DNA of 64,000 nt from Dehalococcoidia bacterium. GTDB taxonomy: Bacteria > Chloroflexota > Dehalococcoidia > Lucifugimonadales > VXLM01. The position numbers and the translations under genes were made by a program. Below are positions 46,541 to 56,300 of this stretch, piece after piece; positions within the stretch are counted from its first letter, which is position 1, and each line of letters starts with the position of its first letter. Below the pieces are notes generated by a model. The model saw nothing but the letters and a program-made list of their open reading frames with translations, did no database searches and had not been told where the DNA came from. Location: positions 712,507 through 776,506 of the forward strand of contig OY759598.1 in the NCBI GenBank assembly GCA_963662435.1, given 5' to 3'.

Positions 46541-46918
46541 ATGAACACAAGACTGACCAAACTCATCGCCTGCGCACCCTGGCGGGAGGAGGTCACCTAC
46601 CGAGACAGCTGGCCACATGAGTACGTCCTCAGCGAGAAGGACGGGCAACGGGAACTGCTGAACGAGATCTACGCCCGCCTCCAGGATGGTGAGGGCGTAG
46701 ACTGCCGCTTCTTCCGAGTGAGCAACAAGTACCTCTTCATAGGTGACTTCAAATACTGGTTCAACAGCCAGTGGGACGGTTTCGATCCCGATGACGGCGA
46801 GAATGTCATCAACCGCGCCCGTCTGTATAGAGACCGCCGGGACTTTGTGATTCAGTCAGGGGACTCGGGTAAGCCCGAGGACTACCCCGCCAACCCGGCC
46901 CATCAAAAGCCAGGGTGA
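46541..46918 (+). CDS. Hypothetical protein (125 aa)
   Basis: APWREEVTYRDSWPHEYVLSEKDG..YLFIGDFKYWF..INRARLY. Stop overlaps the next start (GTGA at 46915-46918). Confidence 0.5.
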   Translation: MNTRLTKLIACAPWREEVTYRDSWPHEYVLSEKDGQRELLNEIYARLQDGEGVDCRFFRVSNKYLFIGDFKYWFNSQWDGFDPDDGENVINRARLYRDRRDFVIQSGDSGKPEDYPANPAHQKPG

Positions 46919-47958
46919 CCTCTATGCCCGACAACGATACACTGCTCGCCTACTTGGTTTCCAGCTTCCCCGGGAACACAGAGGACATTGCGACAGAAGC
47001 ACTCCGTCACATTTTCGATCACTCGGACGCCTGTGGGGTGGCGTTGAACGACGTCATACAGTCTGGTGTCCGAGGTGTAAACGCGGTCACAGCCGTAAAA
47101 TCTCAGGTGCTTCAAGCGGATGGCACGCGTCCGGACTTGGTGGGGTTTGACGAAACCGGCACGGAACGAGTGCTCATCGAGGTGAAGTTTTGGGCTGAAC
47201 TCACACCCAATCAGCCCAACGGATACATTAACCGGCTCCCGGATGATGGCCCGGCGCTCGTGATGTTCCTTGCGCCGGAGGACAGAATCCAGTCGCTTTG
47301 GCCCCAGTTGCAGGGACGTATGAACCAAGAGTTCAGCCCTTTGGTGGAGACGGAATCGGAGCGCAGGTGCGTACGCGTGGGGGACACGCAAAAGCACTTA
47401 ATGATCGTAAGCTGGGGAGGTCTCCTTGATAGCATGACTGCTAGGTCCAGGGACTATGCCGAGGCCGGTGTCGAAACTGAGATTCGCCAGCTGCGTAGCC
47501 TGGCCAAGTACGCCGATGACGGAGCGTTGAAGCCAATCCGCCGAGGAGAGGAATTCGGCGCGGATTCCGAAATGCGCCTACGTTTGTACAAGCGTCTCAT
47601 TGATGCCTCTACCGAAATAGGGATTGAGCAGGAGTGGGCCAGCCGTAAGGGCTTGCGAGCAACCCCTCGCGGGTACGGCTACGGCAGGTATGTCAATCTT
47701 CGCGGAGCGGTTGTCTGGTTCGGCATCAATGTCGAACAGTTTGAAAGAACTGGTGAAACTCCTTTGTGGGTTGATTGCTTTGAATATCTACGAGAGAAGC
47801 CCTCCGAGTTACGAGATGCACTGGGCATGCAGGACTCTCATTGGGCACCGGTCGCCTTGAAGAGAGACGTTGAGTATCCGGAAATACTGGACGGCGTTGT
47901 AGACAGTTTGAAACAAATCGCCGATGTTCTCCACCAAGTTGGTCCCCAATCAACCTAA
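46915..47958 (+). CDS. PD-(D/E)XK-fold nuclease-like protein (347 aa)
   Basis: GTRPDLVGFDETGTERVLIEVKFWAEL (a D..E-x-K arrangement). Translationally coupled to the upstream gene. Confidence 0.5.
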   Translation: MTSMPDNDTLLAYLVSSFPGNTEDIATEALRHIFDHSDACGVALNDVIQSGVRGVNAVTAVKSQVLQADGTRPDLVGFDETGTERVLIEVKFWAELTPNQPNGYINRLPDDGPALVMFLAPEDRIQSLWPQLQGRMNQEFSPLVETESERRCVRVGDTQKHLMIVSWGGLLDSMTARSRDYAEAGVETEIRQLRSLAKYADDGALKPIRRGEEFGADSEMRLRLYKRLIDASTEIGIEQEWASRKGLRATPRGYGYGRYVNLRGAVVWFGINVEQFERTGETPLWVDCFEYLREKPSELRDALGMQDSHWAPVALKRDVEYPEILDGVVDSLKQIADVLHQVGPQST

Positions 47959-47988
47959 TCCCAATTCCACCGTCTGGTTCTGCTGCGG

Positions 47989-48051
47989 TACGCGGGCGTA
48001 GATTGCCGCCCGCTTCGTTGCCGTATTTCTGTCGCTAGTCCTCGTTGCCAT
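47989..48051 (-). pseudogene. Serine recombinase remnant (first 21 codons, stops just before the catalytic Ser)
   Basis: MATRTSDRNTATKRAAIYARV compared with MATRTTDRQTGTKRAAIYARVS at 21346. The upstream 180 bp (48052-48230) is also homologous to 21347-21520, including the hairpin at 48085-48112. Confidence 0.75.
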
Positions 48052-48228
48052 GTCTGCCTCCTCTTGTGTTCTCTGAAATCAAGAAGACCCGCCTCCTGTC
48101 GGGAGCGGGTCTGTGAGTACTACAATCCATTCGCATCACCTGTTCGCCCAGGTGGGCCACGGTCCGGGGTGTTAGCAGCACCGCCGGGCCAACTTCTGCC
48201 CAGAATCATACCGTCTTTGCGTGGCGCG

Positions 48229-48543
48229 TCAAAGTGCGTCGCGATGATGTGGATTGCACGCGGATGTCTCCTCCGCATCACCACAGTTGATACGGACATC
48301 CACAGTGGAGTCGCCGTCGGTCGATGCTGTCCTCTCCCTGGCATCGTGTCCCAGCAGTAGGGTGAAGAGACGCCGCAGCCGGTCCTGCGCATCGGGCACG
48401 GGGTTGCAACTGACCGACGCCACTCGCAGCTCTGCGGAGGCCCTCCGGCGATTCTCCGGTTTCGTTCGGCTCGTTGCGTCTCTCAAGATTGCTGCTCTCG
48501 TCGCGCTCATGTGCGCCTGATCTGGATGGCGACGGTGGCGCAT
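48229..48543 (-). pseudogene. Decayed paralog of the 75-aa small protein
   Basis: ..NPVPDAQDRLRRLFTLLLGHDARE.. matches the PAPDAEDRLRRLFTLLLG core. The N-terminus has diverged. Confidence 0.4.
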
Positions 48544-48590
48544 GTCGTACCCATGTGCTGATGCCAGTGTGAGAGGTGGGAGAGCGGAGC

Positions 48591-48930
48591 ATAATCCCTC
48601 GGAAGGGACTACACGGGCGTAGTGACTTTGAGGGGACTACACCGGTGTAGTCACCTGCAGGGGATTACGACCGACGGTCTGATCTGATGTCATGGTTCGA
48701 CGAGGCGGCCCAGCTTGGCCCAGCGTTTGTGCATCGAATGGCTGTCAAGGGGCTGTACAGGGAAATGGAACTTCGGGTAGAAGCGGACTTCCTGGACCAT
48801 TTAGCTTCGGTAAGTTGCAGGTTGCACGGTGTGGAGGCCCCGAAAGCGAACACTTTTTGTCAGGGGCTGGTTGCAGGGCAAAGGGCCTCAAGTGTGCAAG
48901 GCTGGGCCGCCCCCAATTGGAGGTGTTGAG
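48591..48930 (+). repeat. Structured leader, copy B (near-identical to copy A)
   Basis: Same hairpin series. The palindrome is GGGGACTACACCGGTGTAGTCACC at 48632-48655 (one arm mutated). Confidence 0.65.
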
Positions 48931-49440
48931 ATGACGGGAGAAGCGACGGAGAGCAACGGCAGTGCGGAGGCTGAACTCCGGGACGAGCAGTCCGACCTCA
49001 AGTGGGCGGTGGAGTGGCTGGTGAAGGAGAAGGGACAGCGCCGCGCTGCGAAGGCCCTGGGGGTGAACAGGAAGACCGTAGCCCTGGCGCTGCGCAGAGA
49101 GCGGCTGACGGGCAGGATGAATGACGCGGTCCAGAGATATCTCTACGGTGCGCATGGCTCTGAGGGTCGTCAGGAGATGCCGCTGGACGAAATGGAGACG
49201 CGGGTCAGCTCTCTGGCGGAGTCGGTGGACGAGATCGATGACCTGATTGAGGCACTGACCCTGCGGGTGGAGGCATTGGAGGAGGAGTGGGCGCAGGGAC
49301 GGGAGGAAAGTGGCGACGATGCCGATGCCGATGGCGGCGATATGTCGAGGACCGATGAAAAAGAAAAAGAGGATGAACTCGAAGAGTTGCCGGAGCCTGA
49401 GCAGGCCGGACGGCGGTTTGGTCGGTTGTGGTGGCGCTAG
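48931..49440 (+). CDS. HTH plus coiled-coil/acidic protein, copy B
   Basis: High identity by eye to 24472-24981; ends GRLWWR. Confidence 0.6.
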   Translation: MTGEATESNGSAEAELRDEQSDLKWAVEWLVKEKGQRRAAKALGVNRKTVALALRRERLTGRMNDAVQRYLYGAHGSEGRQEMPLDEMETRVSSLAESVDEIDDLIEALTLRVEALEEEWAQGREESGDDADADGGDMSRTDEKEKEDELEELPEPEQAGRRFGRLWWR

Positions 49441-49642
49441 GCCGGACGCCCTCGGCGAGTCCCCAAGGGTATCTCTCTGCGGCAGGGCGGCCGGGTTCCA
49501 TCCCAGGGTTGACGCAGGTGTGACGGACAGCCGATTGTGTTGGAAAGCCCCTACAGGAGTCGACGGCATGACCACGGTAGGTCTCCCACCTGCGCAGGAA
49601 GCGTGGAATCTACCAACAGATCGCACAGGGAGGTGGAAGCGA

Positions 49643-50386
49643 ATGAAACGGAAGAGGTCAGACATTGAAGGCAGCATAGCTGTTGAAAACACACACGAAC
49701 GGCAGCTCATGACGCTGCTGCAAGAGATGGTGCAGGAGAAGGGCCGTGGTGGCGCGGCGCGGGTGCTGGAGATCGACCCCCGCACGGTGGCCGCGTGCAT
49801 GAAGAAAGGGAGGCTGTCCTGGCGGGTGAGGGAGACGTTGGAGAGGGCAATTCAGTATGGGGCGGGCTCTGCCGCCGCCGAACAGCGGGAGCGCAACGAC
49901 CAGCTGGAGGACCGAATCAACAGATTGGAGGAGAAACTTCAAACCGGCATCGAAGAACTGGGGGCAGACCTCAGGGGACGTCAGAGGAAACTTGCCCGGG
50001 ACCTTCATCTGGTCGAAGCGCGAGTGGCGATCCTGACGCAAGGCCTTGAGAGTTCGGGGACGGGAACTCCCACAGACGATGAGAGTGGAGTTCCCCCGCC
50101 GACGAGACGTGGTCCACTCTGGTTGCTCAAGGGGCCCGGCCCGGTCGACATGACAGACCTGGTCTTCAAGTGGCGGCAGGCGCTGGCCGAGTACCTGGCC
50201 GCCGAGGAGCGGCTGTGCGAGGGCATGGACAAGAGCATGATGGCGATCCTTCGTGACGACAAGAGGGCTGAAGCTCCCGTCGAGCCTCGCGCCCCCAGAG
50301 CGGCTCTGCGGTCGACCCTACGGTCGAAGCGGAAGGGTGGTGTTCGTTCATGGACTGCCGAGAGCGCTCAGACGGGGAAGGGGTAA
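49643..50386 (+). CDS. HTH plus coiled-coil protein, copy B (247 aa)
   Basis: GGAGGTGG upstream of ATG 49643. High identity by eye to 25185-25925. Confidence 0.6.
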   Translation: MKRKRSDIEGSIAVENTHERQLMTLLQEMVQEKGRGGAARVLEIDPRTVAACMKKGRLSWRVRETLERAIQYGAGSAAAEQRERNDQLEDRINRLEEKLQTGIEELGADLRGRQRKLARDLHLVEARVAILTQGLESSGTGTPTDDESGVPPPTRRGPLWLLKGPGPVDMTDLVFKWRQALAEYLAAEERLCEGMDKSMMAILRDDKRAEAPVEPRAPRAALRSTLRSKRKGGVRSWTAESAQTGKG

Positions 50387-50399
50387 CCGCGAAGTTGAC

Positions 50400-50588
50400 G
50401 ATGCACCGCCGGATGAGCCAGTACGCGGCAGTCATGGCGGCGTTCACAGACCGGGCAGCTGACTCTCTGGCCGCGTCGATGATCTTCGACACGTCTCCGT
50501 AGACGGCTTGGTACGGGGCGTCTTGACTGAGAACTAAACGCCTCAGCGATGGCTGGTTACGGTTAGAAGGCGTCTCGGACCGCATCAA
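50400..50588 (-). pseudogene. DUF1016/YhcG remnant (first ~62 codons)
   Basis: MRSETPSNRNQPS..LSQDAPYQAVYGDVSKIIDAARESAARSVNAAMTAAYWLIRR compared with the 23012 start. Homology stops about 15 nt from the stop of the convergent gene. Confidence 0.7.
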
Positions 50589-50811
50589 GCTTCCGCCTCC
50601 GGGTGGCCGTCGACCCGACGGTCGTCCTGGGGGACTCCTTCTCCGACTCGACCTGGTGCTCCCTGGCTGAGTGTCCCAGCAGGATCGTGAAGAGGCGGCG
50701 CAGTCTGTCCTCCGCGTCGGGGGCGGGTTTGGAGATGACCCTGACCTTCCCGAACTCGGAGAAGTCCTTTTCGGGCGTCCGTTGCCCGTTCTGCCTGCTT
50801 TTATCGTTCAT
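50563..50811 (-). CDS. Small conserved protein, copy C
   Basis: MNDKSRQNGQRTPEKDFSEFGKVRVISKPAPDAEDRLRRLFTILLG. Confidence 0.5.
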   Translation of the reverse strand: MNDKSRQNGQRTPEKDFSEFGKVRVISKPAPDAEDRLRRLFTILLGHSAREHQVESEKESPRTTVGSTATRRRKLDAVRDAF

Positions 50812-50900
50812 CGCTTTCTTCGACGGACTCGCGTGAGCCCGCATCGGGCCGTCATCGTAGGTGTGTCTGCCGTCGAGTGTGGAGGGTCGGGAAGCCGAGT

Positions 50901-51228
50901 GTTATCCCCTGGAAGGGACTACTTGGGCGTAGTGGCTTTGGGGGGACTACAGCGATGAAGTCTCTTCCGAGGGATTACAGAGTGTCCAGCCGCCGTGATG
51001 TCATGGGGCTGTACAGAGAAACGAGTCTGGTTGCAAGTTGCAGGTCGGGTGGGTTTCAAAGCTGGAACAGGGGGGAGTCGCCCCTTACAGGACGTGAATC
51101 GCGAACACTTTGTGTTAGGGGCCGGTTGCCACGGAATACGCATTGCTCACGTTTGAAATCTGCAAGCTGCAAGCGCTCGAAATCGAGGAAAAGCAGCAAA
51201 GGTCTGCAAGTTGCAGGAGGAGGCGCCG
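50901..51228 (+). repeat. Structured leader, copy C
   Basis: ATCCCC tgga AGGGA hairpin; GGGATTACA; GCTGTACAGAGAAACG; three TGCAAG(T/C)TGCA(G/A)G motifs (about 51033, 51155, 51200); CTTACAGGACGTGAATCGCGAACACTTTGTGTTAGGGGCCGGTTGC. Confidence 0.6.
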
Positions 51229-52098
51229 ATGGAATCTAGCAAGACCGTAGTGACTGAAGGCGGAGGCGCCGAGGAGGAGTACGTCCTCCGGCTCAGGGCA
51301 CTGCTTCACGACCTGGTGCGAAAGAAGGGACGTTTCAAGGCAGCCAATGAGCTGGGGCTTGACCCCAGGACGGTCGGGGCGTGCATGGACGGCGAAGGGA
51401 TGTCGTGGCGGGTCCGAGAGGCGCTGGAGCGGGGACTCCAGGAGGGCGCGGGCTCTCCTGCCGCCCGCCAGCGGAAGCCCAACGATTACTTGGAGCTTCG
51501 CGTGGAGGAGCTGGAGAAGGAGCTTCGCGACGGCCTCAAGGCCGCCAAGGGCGAGATCGAGAAGCTGCGGGAGGACCAGGACCGCAGGTGGGAGTCGTTG
51601 GAGCGGCGGCTCGCACGCGGAGAGGCCAAGCAGGAGAACCCCCAGGAGGCTCCCAGTCCTGCTGACACTCCCAGCGCAACAGGACCGACGCTAGAGGAGG
51701 CCCCGACTGTCACCAAGCCGTCGGCGAAGGACAGGTTCCCGAAGCGGCTGTACCCCGAACTGGTGACGAAGGAGCCTGCTCACGACGACGAGGAGGTCTA
51801 CGGCGAGGCGTGGCCCCTCATCGAGGAGTGGCGCAGGCTGCGGGAGGGCCATGCCAGCGACGGCAAGGGCCTGTCGTGGCTTCGCACCGAAGAGCGCGTC
51901 CGGGAACTGGAGGTTGCCATGCTGGAACGACACGGGCTGACTTTGCCGCCGGAGACGGAGCCGCTGGGTGGCCTCGACCGGAGTTCCCAGCTGAACTGGC
52001 GGAAGGAGACCCTCAACGAAGTTCGGGTGACACGGGCCAGACGGGAGTTACTGTGTTCGGTGCGGCAGGTCCTGACCCTGGGACTGTGGAGGAAGTAG
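51229..52098 (+). CDS. HTH plus coiled-coil protein, copy C (289 aa; ortholog-like to 3661-4509)
   Basis: GGAGGAGG upstream of ATG 51229. LRALLHDLVRKKGRFKAANELGLDPRTVGACMDGEGMSWRVREALERGLQEG ... ELEVAMLERHGLTLPPETEPLGGLDRSSQLNWRKETL..VLTLGLWRK. Confidence 0.65.
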   Translation: MESSKTVVTEGGGAEEEYVLRLRALLHDLVRKKGRFKAANELGLDPRTVGACMDGEGMSWRVREALERGLQEGAGSPAARQRKPNDYLELRVEELEKELRDGLKAAKGEIEKLREDQDRRWESLERRLARGEAKQENPQEAPSPADTPSATGPTLEEAPTVTKPSAKDRFPKRLYPELVTKEPAHDDEEVYGEAWPLIEEWRRLREGHASDGKGLSWLRTEERVRELEVAMLERHGLTLPPETEPLGGLDRSSQLNWRKETLNEVRVTRARRELLCSVRQVLTLGLWRK

Positions 52099-53059
52099 GC
52101 GCTTCGGGTTTCGTCGAACTGTTCAGAAAACTTAGGGCCGAGGTTTGGGCAGTCGTACGGTTGTTCGGTAAGGATAGAGTCAGGCGCAGGCTTTTCCAGC
52201 GGTTCCCGTCCAAGATACCTGAGGGGACCCATTCCAGGCCCGAGAACGGTCGCGTAAGATCGACGCTGTTTTCCGAGCGGTCGGCCCAACTGGGATAAGT
52301 GCCTCCCCGCTGCGTGACGTGGCCGATGGATTGAGCCCTGTTCTCCCGAACCACCATTGAAAGTCGGGACATTTTCGCAGCGGTTGTAGAGCCTATCCCG
52401 CATTGGCCTCTCGAACGCCCCCGCATATAGTGCGGGGCAGGTTCTGGTCAGGGTGCGCCCTTCCCGCCGGTGGATTACTCACGTCTGAGCGGTTTCTCCC
52501 AGGACCTCTTGACCAACATCGTCCCGCATTCAACCCAGTATCGAGTCCTGCCATCGCCTCTGATAAGAAACCGCCGATGACTCTTCCGGTTCCTCTCCTC
52601 GATTGCCGCGCAATCTCCCTATCTCTTTATGGCTGTCGTAGACTCGCAACGCCGAAGCTTCCGCAACTGGCCGGATAAGGACAGCAGTGGGGTTTGAAAG
52701 GCGTACCTTAAGTAGCGCCGAATAGGGCCTTCTCCAAGGCGAGCCTTATTCGACTTCATTACCGCGTATAGAGAATCGGACTTATTTCGGGGACGATCAA
52801 AATGACCGTAAGCGCGGTGGTACAGGCGTGCAAGCGCCCTCCCTACAGGACAATCACTGGCGCATTTACTTTAGTCTCCGTTCCAGGCCCATGATCCACG
52901 GCCAGCTACGAAACGTTCCAAATGGAACACCACATTTTCGAGGTCGCGGACATGGGGGCAGAGTCTATCCACGCGTGTGCAGGGGAACCGACGAAGCGCA
53001 CGCTTCCTTCCCGGCGGCTCGACTCGTAGCGGAGTCTGATGCTCGTGGCGTCGAGATCG

Positions 53060-53295
53060 GAGGCGGTGTCGAGCGAGCCGTGGCGAAGGAGCGTAGGTGG
53101 GAGCTTGAGACTGCCATGATCGGGGAGTTTGGACTCACGCTGCCGCCGCAGACTGAGCCGCTGAACGAGTCGAGGCGAGCCGATCCTCTCCAAAAGCTGC
53201 GTAGCTTGCTCAGAAAGGCGCACATGCGCCGTGTGAGGGCCAAATGGATTCGCATTTTGAGACGCTTGATGACACTTGGCTTGTGGTGGAAGTAG
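53060..53295 (+). pseudogene. C-terminal remnant of the same family
   Basis: ..ERRWELETAMIGEFGLTLPPQTEPLNESRR..LMTLGLWWK. No matching N-terminal part lies upstream. Confidence 0.55.
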
Positions 53296-53383
53296 CACTG
53301 TTTCGAAGGCAAGCCGTCTATTTTCTTCTAAGAAGTTGTAGGCAACCTCGTGTAGAATAGTGCTTCACAAGAGGAGAGCGGTA

Positions 53384-56300
53384 ATGGCCGGACTGAAGGT
53401 TCTACGTGAGACCTGCGTTCCCAGGGACGAAGTGTTATCCGGGGAATTACGTGACGAGATGTTTGCTGCGAACCTATCCGAGGTTGTGCGCGGCGATGCC
53501 CATGAGACCTATCAAGATCCCGACAAGTTCTTTGCAAACACGTACCTTACCGAGCGTGTCAGGTCCTTCTTGAACGAGGTCGTAGGGCGGCTTTCCGGGA
53601 AGGACAGTACCGCCGCCGCATTCTTTAGGCTCGACACGCCCTTTGGCGGCGGCAAGACGCACACCCTCATCAGCCTCTATCACCTGCTGGCATCGAAGAG
53701 GTCCCCAGATTACCTACGCGCGATGGGAGTGGATCCTGCAGATGTGCCCGATACGGTCAAAGTCGTGACGGTCGTGGGTGGCGACCTGAACCCTGCTGAC
53801 GGTGTAAGGAAAGGGGACTCGGTCGTACATCACATATGGGGCGAGATCGCCTATCAGTTGGGTGGAGAGGAAGGCTACGAGCTTGTACGGAATGCCGACC
53901 GGCAGGTCATCGCCCCGGGACCGCAGTTCCTCGACGCTCTGGCGGACGATTCCCCCATCCTGTTCATGATCGATGAGCCGGCAGAGTACATGCGCAGAAT
54001 GGGGAGCTCCGCAGGCCAGCTTCCCGCGTTTCTGAAAACCCTGTCGGAATGGGCGACGGCCGCAAATCGTCCAAGGGCACTTGTTCTGACGCTGGCCTGG
54101 GGTCATGAGACTCAGCATGGCCAGATGGACGCCTTCAACAAAGAGACGTCGGAATTGGTCGAGAAGCTTGATGAAACGTTCAGGGAAATCCAGTCCGTCG
54201 TAAGCCGTCCGGCCCGTGTGGTGACGCCCTCCCAAAGACAGGACATAGAGCCCATCTTGCGCCGCCGGCTGTTCGAGTCCGTTGATATGAACGCCGCCAC
54301 TCCGACGGCCGACGCCTACTTCTCCGCTCTCCGCGACGCGGCAGGGCGAGACACGCCACTCCCGGCGGACGTTGTGCAGGCTTCGTACCGCAAGCAGATC
54401 GAGGATGCGTATCCGTTCCACCCGTCTTTCATCGAAGTCATGGATGGCAAGCTGGCTACCATTCCGAACTTCCAGCGGACGCGGGGCGCGCTCAGACTGG
54501 TGTCGCGCGTCATCCGACGGATTTGGGAACAGAAGCAAAACGATGCGGCTCTCATCCATCCGTTTAGCGTCGATCTGTCCGATCCCGAGACGGTGGAGGA
54601 ATTGGTCGGCAGGCTCGACCGTTCGGCATACTCCGCAGTAGTCAGCTACGACGTAGCCTCCACTGCCGGGGCCGCGCACGCGCAAGAGATCGACAGAGAC
54701 AGTTTTGCGGGGCATCCGCCATACGCCCAGCGCGTGGCCGTCACCCTACTGCTGCACAGTCTTCCCGACCCTCCCGCCAGGGGCGCCAACCTCAACGAGC
54801 TTTTGGCATCGGTTCTGACTCCGAGTTCCGACTCCGCTCACCTCAGAAAGGCCCTCGAATATCTGTCTAATGAGGCGTGGCATCTCGACTACGAAGGTAC
54901 ACGCTACACCTTTAGGACGGAGCCTTCCCTCAATAAGATTGTTCTTGACGAGACCCTGGCCGTTAGCAGGCACGACGCACGGACTGAGTTGGGTCGGCGG
55001 ATTCGGCAAATTTGGAGGACTGCCGGTCTTGAAGTGCGATACTTCCCCGATGCCACCGAGGACTTGGACGACACCACGAATGGCAAGCTGGTGCTGATGC
55101 ACTGGGACACCGCAGACGTTACGTCTGCCAAGAACGCCACTCCGCCCAAGGTCCAGGAGCTTGCCAACTACAAGGGCGTCCAGCAAGACTTCAGGCGCTA
55201 CAGGAACACACTCTTCTTCCTTGTTGCCGACTCCGACCGAACTGAGGGAATGTTTCAGGCGGCACGTCGCTGGCTGGCGCTCGAGCATCTGGTGCAAAAC
55301 AGGAATCGGATGGACGAGATGAAGTTGAGCACAGAGCACAGAGATCGGTTGAGGAATTGGCATAAGGAAGGTGAACTCAGCGTCAGGGTCGCCATCACAC
55401 GCGCATACCGGCATCTGTTCTATCCCCAAGGTATGGAGCAGAGCAGGACGGCATTCGGACACCATGCCTTAATGATAGATGACCAGGGACACGGAAGGAT
55501 AAATCACACCGAGACCATCCTGAAGGTGCTGGAAGAAGACTTGGAGAAGGTCAAGACCGCTTCGGCCGGGTTGCGCTCGCCGGTCATGGTGAAGCAGGAG
55601 ACGTTTGGGGCCAGCGAGGGCGGTCTGGCGCTCGATATGCTTATGGAGCGGTACGCCGAGCGCCCCAGGCTGCCACTCATCATCGCGCCTACCTATTTTC
55701 AGGAAATCGTGCGTGCGGGCGTCGTGAACAAAACGTGGCTCTACTACGACGCCGTCAAGGACATTGCATACGATACGCTCGAACCGGTCACGGACATCGT
55801 ACTCGATGGTCAGCACATGCTCATGCTTGGTGATGAGGCCGTAAAGCGTGGCGTGCAGGTGTGGGCCCCAACTGCTCAGGGCAAAGGCGAGACCGAACAG
55901 GAGGGTGGCGGCAAGGTTTCGGATGTGGGCACCCCGGGGGAGGGTGTGTCCACATCGCCAGTAAAACTCACAGGCGAAGGCGAGCCCCGAAAGGCTCTTG
56001 CCGACGCGATAGCTAAGGCCAAGGACCAGGGTTGGAAGTCCTTCATTTCGATAGCCCTCGAATGGCAAGGAGAAGACGGAGACACCCACTCGTCCATGAG
56101 TCACCTGCGAACCCTGATGGGACAGACACCTGGCGGCGAGGCGGGCGTAAGTTGCAAGTTGACCTGCGAGTTCGGAGACGGGGGAGTGTTGGATACGAGC
56201 TACACCGGCTCATACGAGCGGTACCGATCCGTGGCCAATACACTTGAGGCCCAGGCATCTCAGGCGAAGAAGGCGTTCGTCAGCATGTCACTGACTCTCG

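Noticed and set aside
3382-50979. GGGATTACA motif shared by the HTH-gene leaders (3382, 24201, 48661, 50971) and the lipoprotein leaders (30870, 34883; GGGGTTACA at 36445).
   Set aside because: Within each family the copies are homologous by descent. That leaves only two independent occurrences of a 9-mer, too few to claim a common regulator. I record it only as a hint.
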